The position numbers and the translations under genes were made by a program. Under the pieces are notes generated by a model that saw nothing but the letters and a program-made list of their open reading frames with translations, had not been told where the DNA came from and made no database searches. Of a stretch of 49,564 nucleotides of DNA, positions 29,884 through 38,888 are shown in pieces (position 1 is the stretch's first letter; every line of letters begins with the position of its first letter). This stretch comes from a virus (taxonomy: Duplodnaviria > Caudoviricetes). Location of the stretch: positions 1-49,564 of the IMG/VR virus record IMGVR_UViG_3300046786_000524; one strand, given 5' to 3'.

Positions 29884-30156
29884 CTACGTCCTGATGGGTA
29901 TGACTTGCACAAGCAGAGACGCACCGGATGAACCGGAAAGCGTAATTGTCAAGTCGTTGCCGGTGCCAACGGTCAGCTCTTGCGTATATGCAGACGTTGC
30001 AGTATCTAGCGCAAGCGCTGTCCCGCGCGCACCCTCCGCAATACTTATCGTTGCAGTACCGCCGCCAAAGCTGCCGGATAGCTTTACCACCGCAGTCGGC
30101 GCCGGGAACGATGGAATCACAAAGCTTGTGTTTGTCGTCAATGTTGTTTCTGACAT
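29884..30156 (-). CDS. small beta-rich protein
   Basis: 90-aa ORF with GAGG RBS. Confidence 0.6.
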   Translation of the reverse strand: MSETTLTTNTSFVIPSFPAPTAVVKLSGSFGGGTATISIAEGARGTALALDTATSAYTQELTVGTGNDLTITLSGSSGASLLVQVIPIRT

Positions 30157-30166
30157 TGGCTATGCC

Positions 30167-32593
30167 TCAATTACTTGTGTCATACGACACGGATCTTGTT
30201 ACCGGACGTGATACGTGCCGCGAATAACCGCGTCGGCCCGAGCTTGCTGTTTGCGTGGCTTTGATCTCGACAGATATATAACGGCGGGATCCTGACGTTC
30301 CGGTATATGTGACCGTTGTTGCCGGGAACGTGGCGACTTTTGCAGCCGTATGCACCGCAAGTGTGTCAGTCGCATCTTGCACAAATGCGCGAACAGTAAG
30401 CCCGGAAGCGGTTGCGTCACTTGCAGATATGTCAGCAGACCTGTGCGCATAGTTGCACTGAACCCACGACTGGCCTGACTGATCTTGTAGTGTCAGCGCG
30501 GGATAAAGTGCGTTTGTACCGCTTGAATTGACACCACTTGAATATGCACCTACTGACAGCGTGTAACCAGCACCTGGTCGATACTGACTGATCGCGATAG
30601 ATGTGGCGTTTGTCCACGTGCCAGACGATTCAACTTCTTGTGTCGCCAACTTCCAAGCCAATCGATACCCGAGCGACGACGCGCCGCCTGCGACCACGCT
30701 TGTCCAGCCTGACGGCATTGTCGGAGTCGTCACGCTTCCATCGCGCGAAACCCACGCAACAAGCAGGTCACCAGGTTCGCATAGCAGGTCAGCAGTGCCA
30801 TCCGTCCCGGGAACAGTCTCGATGTGGTTGATCCGCTCAAGCACCACCGCGGCAGCAGTGACGATGATTGAAAAAACTTTGTCGAAAGTGTTTGCAGCGC
30901 TGTCAGTTGCACGGACGCGGATTGAATACGTGCCATCGCCCAGCGTAGCCGGATCCGGGCAAATCAGGCTTGTCCCGCTGATCGTGAAGCTGGCGTTGTT
31001 TGTGCTGCCTGTTCCACTTACCAGCGTGAAAGTGTGCGTATCGCCCCAGTCTGCGTCAGTCGCAGACAACTGGCCAACTACAGTGTTAGTTCCAGCATCT
31101 TCCGCAATCGACGAGATCGAAAGGCTGATGTCGGTCGGGGCTGCGTTCTGGGTCGAGTTGTTTGTGACGGGCACATCGAAAAACGACACAAGGTCATTGC
31201 CAACATCGTCCTCGATGCCGTCACCTGGCTGAACATAATCAACGTCTGCCCACGTTTCGGTGTCTGATAGCGTCCGGCTCAGCGTATAAACCAGCGTATT
31301 GGTGCCGTCGCCACTTGCATACGTTGCAGTAGCAGAGCCACCAGCAGCATTGATTGACACCCCGCCACTGCCACCTGACCCGATATTGACCGACTCGGAG
31401 AAAACCAGCGTAAGACTTGTGCCGTTTGTCCCTATAGTGGCGCTTGTCAACGTCGGGGCCGTAGTGTCCGGCGTCATGTCAATCGCGGCAAGACGCCCCC
31501 ATTCCGTCCCATTATGAGCGCGGGCATACCAGAGAGTTATGTCGCCATCGACAACAAGGGTTCCGTCAGCATTTATCGTGATACCGCTGACTGTCCCACC
31601 GACAACCCCAGAGACTTCTATCTGCTCAGTGCCGGTGAGTTCTGGTATTGCTTCCAACAAACCAGATGCTGCAGGCGTACCACTCAGATTGAAATAGGCA
31701 TATCCACTTGCTGGCTGAATCTGGACGTTATACGGATCGCTTTCTTGTGCGTCATTGGTAGTCAATACCAGCGGCACATCGACGTTGTAGCGATTGTTTC
31801 CAAGCGCAACCGTGACCGCAATTGACGTGTTAGACCAGCTTGTTTCCGTCCAACCACTGCCGTCTGCTGTTATCCCACCGGCACCCTGGCTTGCGCCAGC
31901 GTTTTGCACTGTGAGCGTGAGCGTGCTGCCGTTTGCGGGTGTGTCGTCTGATGTGCTGACAATTGCCGGTCCTGTCGAGGCAGGCCCTACGTTAAGTACA
32001 AACGAGACGTTGTTGCGTGCAGTGCTGTGCGTCCACGTGAACGAAGCTGTACGCGCGGTGTCAGTGCCATAACCGTAGGCAATATCACCGTTTGTTAGCG
32101 TGACCTCAGCCGCTTCGGACGGGTTCGCCAAGCCAGTGAAAGCGGCTGACCCATAGTCCTGTACAGTGAAGGCGACGGTGTAGGAGTCAGCGACGCGAGT
32201 AGCCGATACTGACCCGGAGGTGCCAGACGTGGCCGCCGTTACCGCTGTCAGAGTGCCCTGGTCAGCATCTTGAAGTGACCACGTAAAGTATTGTCGGTTG
32301 TTGTATGTGCCGCCTGTAGGTGTGATTGTGCTACCAGACATAGCAGCAATGCCTGTCTCTTTGAGAGCAAACAGTGTCGCGCACACGTCGAAGGCAGTGC
32401 CGTCGTCGTCGATGGTGGCGACAACTTCACAGGACTGACCGCCCAAAGTGAGTGACGTTACCGGCGCAGCATTGCTGCCATGGGTGTGCACTGCAAGCAC
32501 AAACGCAATCCGGTTGCTCCCAGCACTGACCGTGAACGTCGGCACCGTATCGACGGTGGCCGCTGTAATCGCGTCAAGAATATTGGCACTCAT
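30167..32593 (-). CDS. large Ig-like/cadherin-domain adhesin-like protein
   Basis: 808 aa; NAAPTDISLS…AED…VVGQLSATDAD…YSIRVRATD (cadherin-like); DTTAPTLTSAT…LTLVFSE repeat. Confidence 0.7.
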   Translation of the reverse strand: MSANILDAITAATVDTVPTFTVSAGSNRIAFVLAVHTHGSNAAPVTSLTLGGQSCEVVATIDDDGTAFDVCATLFALKETGIAAMSGSTITPTGGTYNNRQYFTWSLQDADQGTLTAVTAATSGTSGSVSATRVADSYTVAFTVQDYGSAAFTGLANPSEAAEVTLTNGDIAYGYGTDTARTASFTWTHSTARNNVSFVLNVGPASTGPAIVSTSDDTPANGSTLTLTVQNAGASQGAGGITADGSGWTETSWSNTSIAVTVALGNNRYNVDVPLVLTTNDAQESDPYNVQIQPASGYAYFNLSGTPAASGLLEAIPELTGTEQIEVSGVVGGTVSGITINADGTLVVDGDITLWYARAHNGTEWGRLAAIDMTPDTTAPTLTSATIGTNGTSLTLVFSESVNIGSGGSGGVSINAAGGSATATYASGDGTNTLVYTLSRTLSDTETWADVDYVQPGDGIEDDVGNDLVSFFDVPVTNNSTQNAAPTDISLSISSIAEDAGTNTVVGQLSATDADWGDTHTFTLVSGTGSTNNASFTISGTSLICPDPATLGDGTYSIRVRATDSAANTFDKVFSIIVTAAAVVLERINHIETVPGTDGTADLLCEPGDLLVAWVSRDGSVTTPTMPSGWTSVVAGGASSLGYRLAWKLATQEVESSGTWTNATSIAISQYRPGAGYTLSVGAYSSGVNSSGTNALYPALTLQDQSGQSWVQCNYAHRSADISASDATASGLTVRAFVQDATDTLAVHTAAKVATFPATTVTYTGTSGSRRYISVEIKATQTASSGRRGYSRHVSRPVTRSVSYDTSN

Positions 32594-34020
32594 GACAGCG
32601 CCACCCCGGTGCTATTAATTGGAACCCCAGGTGCCGACATCGCGTAGACGTAAAGACCTGTCAGCGACGAATGCCTCCCCTGGTTAACGTTGAACGTAAT
32701 GTCTGACGTAGCCCCGTTATCAACCCATGACGTAAATTCGCAAACAGTCCTGATAGTGCATGCAGAAAACGTTGACGCATTACCAAGAATGATGAATTTC
32801 GGGATTGTGGTCGTGTCTGAATATGTGAAGTACACGTCACGATCAAGATACAGCTTGCAGGCAGTGTCATACCCATTGCCCAGATAAGCCTGCAAAACAT
32901 GATATCTGGCTTGCGGTCTGCCTGACGTGGCGGACAAAATTACGTTTTCCGCCCACATATGGGAGATCAATTCTCCCGTTTCCTCAAGATAGCAAGCAAC
33001 ATCAACGCGACCGTCTGCCACTTCGGCCCCAGTTGAGGCGGTCAAGCAAACTTCAATCGTCACCCACTGCTCTTCAAAATGCCAAACTTCAGCGCCGTTC
33101 GCAAACGAACCAGACGCCCAGGTACTTTGCCGCGGTGATGTTGAGCGCGGTATTGTCCACGCAACCAAGCCAGACCCTGAAGCCGCGTTAAGCGGGCCGC
33201 TGTTGACGTTCCAGCGGTTGTATCCATTGAATGTTATGTACGCGTCTTCTGTGTCACCGTCACCAACACCGCCGCCAGTCCCAACCTCTCCACACGAGCG
33301 CCACAATTTGAGCTGCCCCGTCGTGTTGTTAGGGTTTGAGAGGAAGTATGAAAACCTAGCCAACAGGACACGACGTGAAGCGCCAGTGTCCCACCGAAAG
33401 CCAAATTGATACTGTGAGTTAACACGATCATTGAGCAGGCTTTGCGCGCCGTTCAACGAATCAACGCTTGAAAATATAGGGCCCTGCGCCAGACCGCCGT
33501 AGCCAGTCGGAGCATGATCACGAAGCATCGCGCCAGCCGGCCCCGACTCAACGACACCGTTATACCCGCCCAAAAACGACTGATTTCCAGCGGAGACGTT
33601 AGAGCCGGCCCCGGTAATCGTCACGGTTTTTTCGTCACCGTCCGAGATGGGCGGAACATAGCTGATAGTCGCACTGGCCGTTGCAGACACCGCTGATGTG
33701 TAGCCATTAAGCGAGTGCGAAACGCGGTAATAGTACGTGCCTGATGAACCTGGCGTGTCGTCGTGAGTTGCGGTAGTTGGCGTCTTTGTCGCTATCGTTG
33801 ACCACCCTCCCGTGCCGTTCGAGCTGCGCTCAATAGGAGTGTCGGCGTCAGCCCTGCCGTTAGTCCAGTTCAGAGTGATGACCCCGCCAGACTCACTCGC
33901 AGAAAGCCCTGACGGCGGCGTGAAGGTCGGCACGGTGCCGGAATGGCGGTTTCCGTCCCAGCTTACTGGCAACGTAAAATTTTGGTCTTGAATGTCAGTA
34001 GCCAACGGATGCTGCCCCAT
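32590..34020 (-). CDS. FN3-domain beta-rich protein
   Basis: PPSGLSAS…ITLNWT…IERS…YYYRV is an FN3 signature; start uncertain (34059/34020/34005). Confidence 0.65.
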   Translation of the reverse strand: MGQHPLATDIQDQNFTLPVSWDGNRHSGTVPTFTPPSGLSASESGGVITLNWTNGRADADTPIERSSNGTGGWSTIATKTPTTATHDDTPGSSGTYYYRVSHSLNGYTSAVSATASATISYVPPISDGDEKTVTITGAGSNVSAGNQSFLGGYNGVVESGPAGAMLRDHAPTGYGGLAQGPIFSSVDSLNGAQSLLNDRVNSQYQFGFRWDTGASRRVLLARFSYFLSNPNNTTGQLKLWRSCGEVGTGGGVGDGDTEDAYITFNGYNRWNVNSGPLNAASGSGLVAWTIPRSTSPRQSTWASGSFANGAEVWHFEEQWVTIEVCLTASTGAEVADGRVDVACYLEETGELISHMWAENVILSATSGRPQARYHVLQAYLGNGYDTACKLYLDRDVYFTYSDTTTIPKFIILGNASTFSACTIRTVCEFTSWVDNGATSDITFNVNQGRHSSLTGLYVYAMSAPGVPINSTGVALS

Positions 34021-34135
34021 TCTTTGCCGCGCGAAACGCGCACGCGATACCAAAAACAAGAAACAGCGGCGACAGGTACACGAGCAGCGTCACGACGACG
34101 GCCGTAACAAGAATGTCGGTAGCGATCTGTTTCAT
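33995..34135 (-). CDS. small membrane protein (46 aa, MKQIATDILVTAVVVTLLVYLSPLFLVFGIACAF…)
   Basis: Read by eye; ATGA overlap with the upstream gene; very hydrophobic; lysis-cluster position. Confidence 0.45.
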   Translation of the reverse strand: MKQIATDILVTAVVVTLLVYLSPLFLVFGIACAFRAAKNGAASVGY

Positions 34136-34422
34136 TTTTTTTCGGCGATTAGTGTCAGCAGTTTGTCGATGCGTTCGTGTGTGCGGGTCATCAGCTCAGC
34201 AGATTGCTGCCCTTGTTCCCGAATTTCGCGGCGTAGTGCCTCAAGCGTTGCGTTGTGCACGTCCATTGAGACTTTGCCGGCAACGTCTTTCTCAACAGCA
34301 GATAAACGCGCATCTTGCCGTTTGATCCACCAAGCAAATGCGCTCATGACAAGCCCAAAAACAAACTGGACTGAGATGACTGCATTGTCGATATGCAGCG
34401 CAGCAGACGCCTCATCGCTCAT
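34132..34422 (-). CDS. single-TM plus coiled-coil protein (holin/antiholin-like)
   Basis: One TM (VISVQFVFGLVMSAFAWWI) then coiled coil ending ERIDKLL. Confidence 0.55.
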   Translation of the reverse strand: MSDEASAALHIDNAVISVQFVFGLVMSAFAWWIKRQDARLSAVEKDVAGKVSMDVHNATLEALRREIREQGQQSAELMTRTHERIDKLLTLIAEKK

Positions 34423-34595
34423 TGCCCGCCCTTATCTTTGAAAAAGGCGCCAATGAAACCGGTGACAGCCAAACCGACCGACGTTATTGCAGCAACCTGA
34501 TCCGGTGACAGCTGTATGCCTGCAGCGGTGATCAGCAAAGCAATGCCGCGCCAGGTGCTTGGTTCACCCAGCAGTTCGCGAACTTTAGGACTCAT
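34419..34595 (-). CDS. holin-like two-TM protein
   Basis: EPSTWRGIALLITAAGI…GLAVTGFIGAFFKD; first gene after the late promoter. Confidence 0.65.
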   Translation of the reverse strand: MSPKVRELLGEPSTWRGIALLITAAGIQLSPDQVAAITSVGLAVTGFIGAFFKDKGGQ

Positions 34596-34733
34596 GGCGC
34601 ACCCGGAGGAAATGGCGCCACCATCGCCGGCACACGGCACCGACGACAGCGGCATTGAATAGGGGGCGCACCTGCTCGCCGGCAGGGTAGGCTTCTGGGA
34701 CGAAGAGGGAGGGGAGCGAGCAAGCAGGGCGCC

Positions 34734-34770
34734 AAAAACAAAAAACCCGACGCAAGGGCCGGGTTCTTTG
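34734..34770 (-). terminator. tR'-like terminator just downstream of the late promoter
   Basis: AACCCG-GCCCTTGCGT-CGGGTT followed by TTTGTTTTT. Confidence 0.65.
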
Positions 34771-34808
34771 TGGTTGCCGAGAGGGGGAACCTTCGCAACA
34801 CTAGATAA

Positions 34809-34837
34809 AATGTAATCAAAACTTCAGATAGATGCAA
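34809..34837 (-). promoter_or_regulatory. late promoter (pR'-like, sigma70)
   Basis: TTGCAT (34837-34832), 17 nt, TACATT (34814-34809), then a terminator and the lysis genes. Confidence 0.55.
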
Positions 34838-35624
34838 GATCCTTCTTGCGCAAGCTTAGGACGGTCGAGTGTCTGGGAAGCAAAGCTGGCGCCCTGTCCT
34901 CTTCCGCGTCAGCAGCTGGCCCGCTATAGAACCGGATGATGGGCATTGGCTTTGCTGGTTCGGCAAACATGTCATTGATGACGTCGACAACGGGGCGCAT
35001 TGCCAGGTTTTCAAGATCCTGCATTTGCAGCAAGAGGCTGCCAACAATGCGCCGATACTCTTTCGCGTAGCTGGCATCCCTGGTGTTCACAAAGCCCATG
35101 TACTTGCAAAGGTCCGATTCTGAATAGCGCTCGATCCCAGTACGCAGCAGCTGCGAGAAGTGCAGCAGCAGCGGATCAACAAGCTCAGCGGCCCGCGCGC
35201 GCTTCTTCGTTTGGGTGTGCGGAATCAGCGACCGCATTCTATGCTGCCAAAACTCACGCACGATCTTTGTCTTTTCTGGTGGACATTCGGGATCGTACAG
35301 GAACCGCAGCAGCGCAGCCCGCAGTTCGCGCTGACCGCGCGGCGCCTTGTCCTGGTTCTCAGCGGCAGCGATAACGCGCCCGATCATTGTCTTCGTGGCC
35401 ACCCGGTTTGTGGTGCCGGCCCGGGATGGCTTTGACTCTTTGACGTCGTGGCGCTCAGGCGGCACAAACACGATCCTGCCGTCCCTATCCCAATGGATCC
35501 GGTTGCGTTGACCGCCCTTGACGATGTAATCGGTTTCCTTCACTGCGTCCAGGTTCGACGGCTGCAGCTTGTCTACCACATAACAGAGTTCGAGTGTTGC
35601 GGCCGGGTTCTTCGTGATGATCAT
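34824..35624 (-). CDS. putative late regulator/antiterminator (Q position)
   Basis: 266 aa directly upstream of promoter-terminator-holin; assigned on synteny only. Confidence 0.45.
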   Translation of the reverse strand: MIITKNPAATLELCYVVDKLQPSNLDAVKETDYIVKGGQRNRIHWDRDGRIVFVPPERHDVKESKPSRAGTTNRVATKTMIGRVIAAAENQDKAPRGQRELRAALLRFLYDPECPPEKTKIVREFWQHRMRSLIPHTQTKKRARAAELVDPLLLHFSQLLRTGIERYSESDLCKYMGFVNTRDASYAKEYRRIVGSLLLQMQDLENLAMRPVVDVINDMFAEPAKPMPIIRFYSGPAADAEEDRAPALLPRHSTVLSLRKKDLASI

Positions 35625-36232
35625 ATGATTGTGTCCTCACTGAAACGCAGCGCAGGCCGCTCAGGGTTGTATGTGCCGTAGGCCTTCGTGCAGATCTGCC
35701 TTGCAGCAACAAGCGGCTTGTCGCCAATGGTTGCGCACCACATGACGCGATTGATCAGCTTGTCATTGGCATCAGCTTTCACGTCGGCAATGGCCTGATC
35801 GATCAGCATTTCGAGCACGTCATATTTGATGTGCCGATCGAACCACGCGAAATCCACAAACTCTTTGCCGAACGGATCCACGCAGAAGAAAGCGATGTAC
35901 ACGTGCCAGTTGCGCGGGTGATACCTGGCCCAGTCGAAAACAAAGTTGACGTCTCCCGAGTACAGGGGCCGCTTGATCGCGGGATAGATGAACTTGCAGT
36001 TCACCATGCGGCGCCCGGTTTCGATTGTCTCGAATGAGTCGTGCAGCAGACGGAGGTTGCCCATGGCGGCGTCAACCTGCTTGAGCTCGCGCGGTGACAG
36101 CTTCGGAAAGACCTGCTTTGCGGCCAGGTCGATCTTCGCGTTGATCTCCGCCATCCGTTCGGGATCGTCCACGATAGCGGCCATCTTTACCTTGAGCGCG
36201 TCAGTCAGCGCCTTATCGATAGGTGCGTTCAC
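35621..36232 (-). CDS. hypothetical protein
   Basis: 203-aa coupled ORF. Confidence 0.65.
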   Translation of the reverse strand: MNAPIDKALTDALKVKMAAIVDDPERMAEINAKIDLAAKQVFPKLSPRELKQVDAAMGNLRLLHDSFETIETGRRMVNCKFIYPAIKRPLYSGDVNFVFDWARYHPRNWHVYIAFFCVDPFGKEFVDFAWFDRHIKYDVLEMLIDQAIADVKADANDKLINRVMWCATIGDKPLVAARQICTKAYGTYNPERPALRFSEDTII

Positions 36233-36411
36233 TGGTAGGCCTCCGCTTTCTTGACGGCGCCGTTGTGCAGGTGCAGCCGCTTCATCAGCGCCGCATACTT
36301 CGGCTTCAGTTCGGCAATTATCTCCAGTGGCGTCTTTGTCGGTTCAGTCTTTATCTTGTTGCCAGCGGCCAGCCATTCCTCGACCGTCTGCTTTTTGTTT
36401 TGGTCACTCAT
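36229..36411 (-). CDS. hypothetical protein
   Basis: 60 aa, VEEWLAAGNKI motif, coupled. Confidence 0.6.
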   Translation of the reverse strand: MSDQNKKQTVEEWLAAGNKIKTEPTKTPLEIIAELKPKYAALMKRLHLHNGAVKKAEAYQ

Positions 36412-36662
36412 AACAAACCCCTTGCCCGTCCCATTTGTTCTTTGTGGCGCTTTCTTGCGTGTTCCTTGATGTGCTCGATCACCGGCAGCACTCGCGGATA
36501 TTTTTTCTTCAGCAGTTCCCTATGATCATCATCGGCATCCCTATTCCTGGCATTGCTTTGGATGTACAGCGCCAAGCAAAACACCCGAAACTCCCCGCTA
36601 CACATGTCGGCTTCCCTGCCGTAGATGTCCCTGAATAAAACCGGTGCAGGAGTAACCATCAA
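36408..36662 (-). CDS. hypothetical protein
   Basis: 84-aa coupled ORF. Confidence 0.5.
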   Translation of the reverse strand: MMVTPAPVLFRDIYGREADMCSGEFRVFCLALYIQSNARNRDADDDHRELLKKKYPRVLPVIEHIKEHARKRHKEQMGRARGLL

Positions 36663-37480
36663 ATGGATCGCTCACTCAAAAGCCGGAAAGCTTCAGCGGC
36701 GCATTGTGGTACTTGCCCATTGCCAAGGGCTTTAATTCTGTCCACCCTAGCGGCCACCCCATCAGCCACTCGACCCACGTCGGGTTCAGCCTGCCAGTCT
36801 GGCCATTCAATGCGGCTTCCCGCTCTATCGTGTAATCTATCCGGTCGTCTGTATCCGCCCTGTTGTGGTTCTTGCTCCACCCCTTGTGCGCTGTCGCTGT
36901 CGCTGTCGGAAACATTCTCACCGCCGTAGCCAACCCGGTGCCTCTCTTCGTTCCCTGTTTTGGCGCGTTGTTGTTGCCGTGCACTGTCGGCGTTGGCAAC
37001 AATCCAGATGCGGTCACGTTTGTGACGTGCTCCCACGTCGTTTGCTCCCAGCACTCCCCATTGAGCATCAAACCCCATCGCGGCCAGGTCTCCGAGTACA
37101 ATTCCAAGTCCGCGAGAAACGAGCGCTGGGGAGTTCTCCACAAACACAAATCGTGGTCGAACTTCGCAAATAATCCGAGACATCTGCTTCCAAAGCCCTG
37201 AACGCTCTCCGCCAATCCCTTTGCCTGATCCGGCAACGCTGATGTCTTGGCACGGAAACCCGCCAGAAACCACGTCAACAATTCCGCGCCACGGCTTTCC
37301 GTCAAAAGTGCACACGTCAGACCAAATCGGGAAAGGCTCAAGGGCTCCATCGTTTTGTCGTTGCGACAGAACGGCTGCGGCGTAGGCATCACGTTCAACT
37401 GCGCACACGGTTCGCCATCCGAGCAATTTGCCTGCGAGTATTCCGCCACCAGCGCCTGCGAAAATAGCCAACTCATTCAC
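36659..37480 (-). CDS. C5 cytosine DNA methyltransferase, large (alpha) chain
   Basis: Motif I FAGAGG, IV GFPCQ, VI ENS, VIII HKRDRIW, X KALGNG. Confidence 0.9.
   Translation of the reverse strand: MNELAIFAGAGGGILAGKLLGWRTVCAVERDAYAAAVLSQRQNDGALEPFPIWSDVCTFDGKPWRGIVDVVSGGFPCQDISVAGSGKGIGGERSGLWKQMSRIICEVRPRFVFVENSPALVSRGLGIVLGDLAAMGFDAQWGVLGANDVGARHKRDRIWIVANADSARQQQRAKTGNEERHRVGYGGENVSDSDSDSAQGVEQEPQQGGYRRPDRLHDRAGSRIEWPDWQAEPDVGRVADGVAARVDRIKALGNGQVPQCAAEAFRLLSERSI
36676..37476 (-). CDS. overlapping alternative-frame beta chain of the C5 methyltransferase
   Basis: Long stop-free second frame containing LLPTPT and the motif IX-like RLNPTWVEWLMGWPLGWT; true start likely internal. Confidence 0.65.
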   Translation of the reverse strand: MSWLFSQALVAEYSQANCSDGEPCAQLNVMPTPQPFCRNDKTMEPLSLSRFGLTCALLTESRGAELLTWFLAGFRAKTSALPDQAKGLAESVQGFGSRCLGLFAKFDHDLCLWRTPQRSFLADLELYSETWPRWGLMLNGECWEQTTWEHVTNVTASGLLPTPTVHGNNNAPKQGTKRGTGLATAVRMFPTATATAHKGWSKNHNRADTDDRIDYTIEREAALNGQTGRLNPTWVEWLMGWPLGWTELKPLAMGKYHNAPLKLSGF

Positions 37481-37489
37481 GCTTCCCCC

Positions 37490-37948
37490 TTACAACGACA
37501 TTGACGACTGCCGCGATTCCGGCAGGTCGATCTTGTAAACGGTTACGACCATCCGCGCCTGGTCTTCGGGCTCACCGCGTTGTATCTCAAACTTGCGCGC
37601 CCACTTGTCGTCCTCGATGACAACGCCGTTCAGGCTGTCCATCAGAACCTTCAGCGAGTTATCAAGATCGATGCAGCGAATGGAGTCAGCCCAGCCTTCT
37701 GGATCCTTCTTCGCGCGCTTTGCCCAGTCTTTGGGACGTTGCGGTATCAGGGTATAGGACACCCCTACCCTACCCCGGATAACGCTATTCACACCGGCCT
37801 GACGGGCGATTGCGGCCACTTCAGACTTGAAGGCCTTCGCCTCATCTGACAGGACAGTGATTGCCCGCTTGTGCCCTTTGGGCGTGAAGTGGCGCCAATA
37901 CCTGTTAGCTGACGGCGCCATCGGCAGCACCAATGTCACTCGCTCCAT
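37490..37948 (-). CDS. rusA: RusA-like Holliday junction resolvase
   Basis: PSANRYWR, DLDNSLKVLMDSLNGVVIEDD catalytic motif. Confidence 0.85.
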   Translation of the reverse strand: MERVTLVLPMAPSANRYWRHFTPKGHKRAITVLSDEAKAFKSEVAAIARQAGVNSVIRGRVGVSYTLIPQRPKDWAKRAKKDPEGWADSIRCIDLDNSLKVLMDSLNGVVIEDDKWARKFEIQRGEPEDQARMVVTVYKIDLPESRQSSMSL

Positions 37949-37950
37949 GG

Positions 37951-38262
37951 CTACACATCCTCCCGAATGATCCGAACCCGGCCGTCAGGCGTCTCGATCA
38001 GGTCGCATTCATGGCTGACGTTCAGCGCCTGGTGATCGATGCTTTCCAGCCTGTTCATTTCTGCCCGCAGGTTTTCGGCAGCAATCTCGACGTCAAACGA
38101 CACGCCGAGGTCGTTGCCTTCCATGCTCATTTTTTCCGGCAGGATTTCGCTGATGTGCACCCGATAATTTTTCGTGAGCACGATTTTCGCCATGAATTCA
38201 GACAGCACATGACGAAGGATCGAACCGCTAATCTGGCCTATCAATTCTGGTTTTATGCTCAT
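37951..38262 (-). CDS. hypothetical protein
   Basis: 103-aa ORF with AAGGAG RBS. Confidence 0.55.
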   Translation of the reverse strand: MSIKPELIGQISGSILRHVLSEFMAKIVLTKNYRVHISEILPEKMSMEGNDLGVSFDVEIAAENLRAEMNRLESIDHQALNVSHECDLIETPDGRVRIIREDV

Positions 38263-38399
38263 TGCCGTTCTCCTTGCTGTTGCCGCTGTTCACGCTTGTT
38301 CCGCTGCTCGATGCGCCAGTTGGCAGCCACCAAAAGAACGTCTACCAGAACCAACAAGCAGACGTAACCGATCATGAAATTCTCAAATGTAAGCTGCAT
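38259..38399 (-). CDS. small membrane protein
   Basis: MQLTFENFMIGYVCLLVLVDVLLV; GAGGGG RBS. Confidence 0.5.
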   Translation of the reverse strand: MQLTFENFMIGYVCLLVLVDVLLVAANWRIEQRNKREQRQQQGERQ

Positions 38400-38462
38400 G
38401 TAACCCCCTCTTTCGTCCTTGTTTTCCTGCTTTTTTGTTAAAAAGCCCAATTAGTCGGCGCG

Positions 38463-38687
38463 TCATGCTTCCCGAATACTTTTGAAATCGTCATCGCTCA
38501 AAACGTCGTAAGCAAGATCCAAAATCCTAACGCCCGTATTGAAGCGCGGTTCAGTAATATCACCCCGCGCAATTCTTTCGATGTGCCGATGACAGGCCGA
38601 AACTTTCGACGCAATGGTGCAGTACGTCATGTGTTTGCGCAGTTTCACGATACAAAGCTGCCAGTCGATCAGGTCAATTCGTTCCAT
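38463..38687 (-). CDS. HTH DNA-binding protein
   Basis: MTYCTIASKV…IERIARG…EPRFNTG is XRE-like. Confidence 0.6.
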   Translation of the reverse strand: MERIDLIDWQLCIVKLRKHMTYCTIASKVSACHRHIERIARGDITEPRFNTGVRILDLAYDVLSDDDFKSIREA

Positions 38688-38705
38688 TGCTATCCCTTAA
38701 ATCTT

Positions 38706-38888
38706 TCAGTGACTTCGCTCAATTCGAGGGGCCTGCTCCAACCCCAATAGTTCGCGCCGAACGTCTTCGTATTCCCGCATCTTTTGCCAAAGCGTTTTGA
38801 TTTCCTGATCTTCCGGGCACCGCAAAACAACACGGACGACCTGAATAATGAATTCGTTGTAAAGCTTGGCTTCCTGTTGCTGGCTCAT
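38706..38888 (-). CDS. hypothetical protein
   Basis: 60 aa, coupled to dnaB. Confidence 0.5.
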   Translation of the reverse strand: MSQQQEAKLYNEFIIQVVRVVLRCPEDQEIKTLWQKMREYEDVRRELLGLEQAPRIERSH

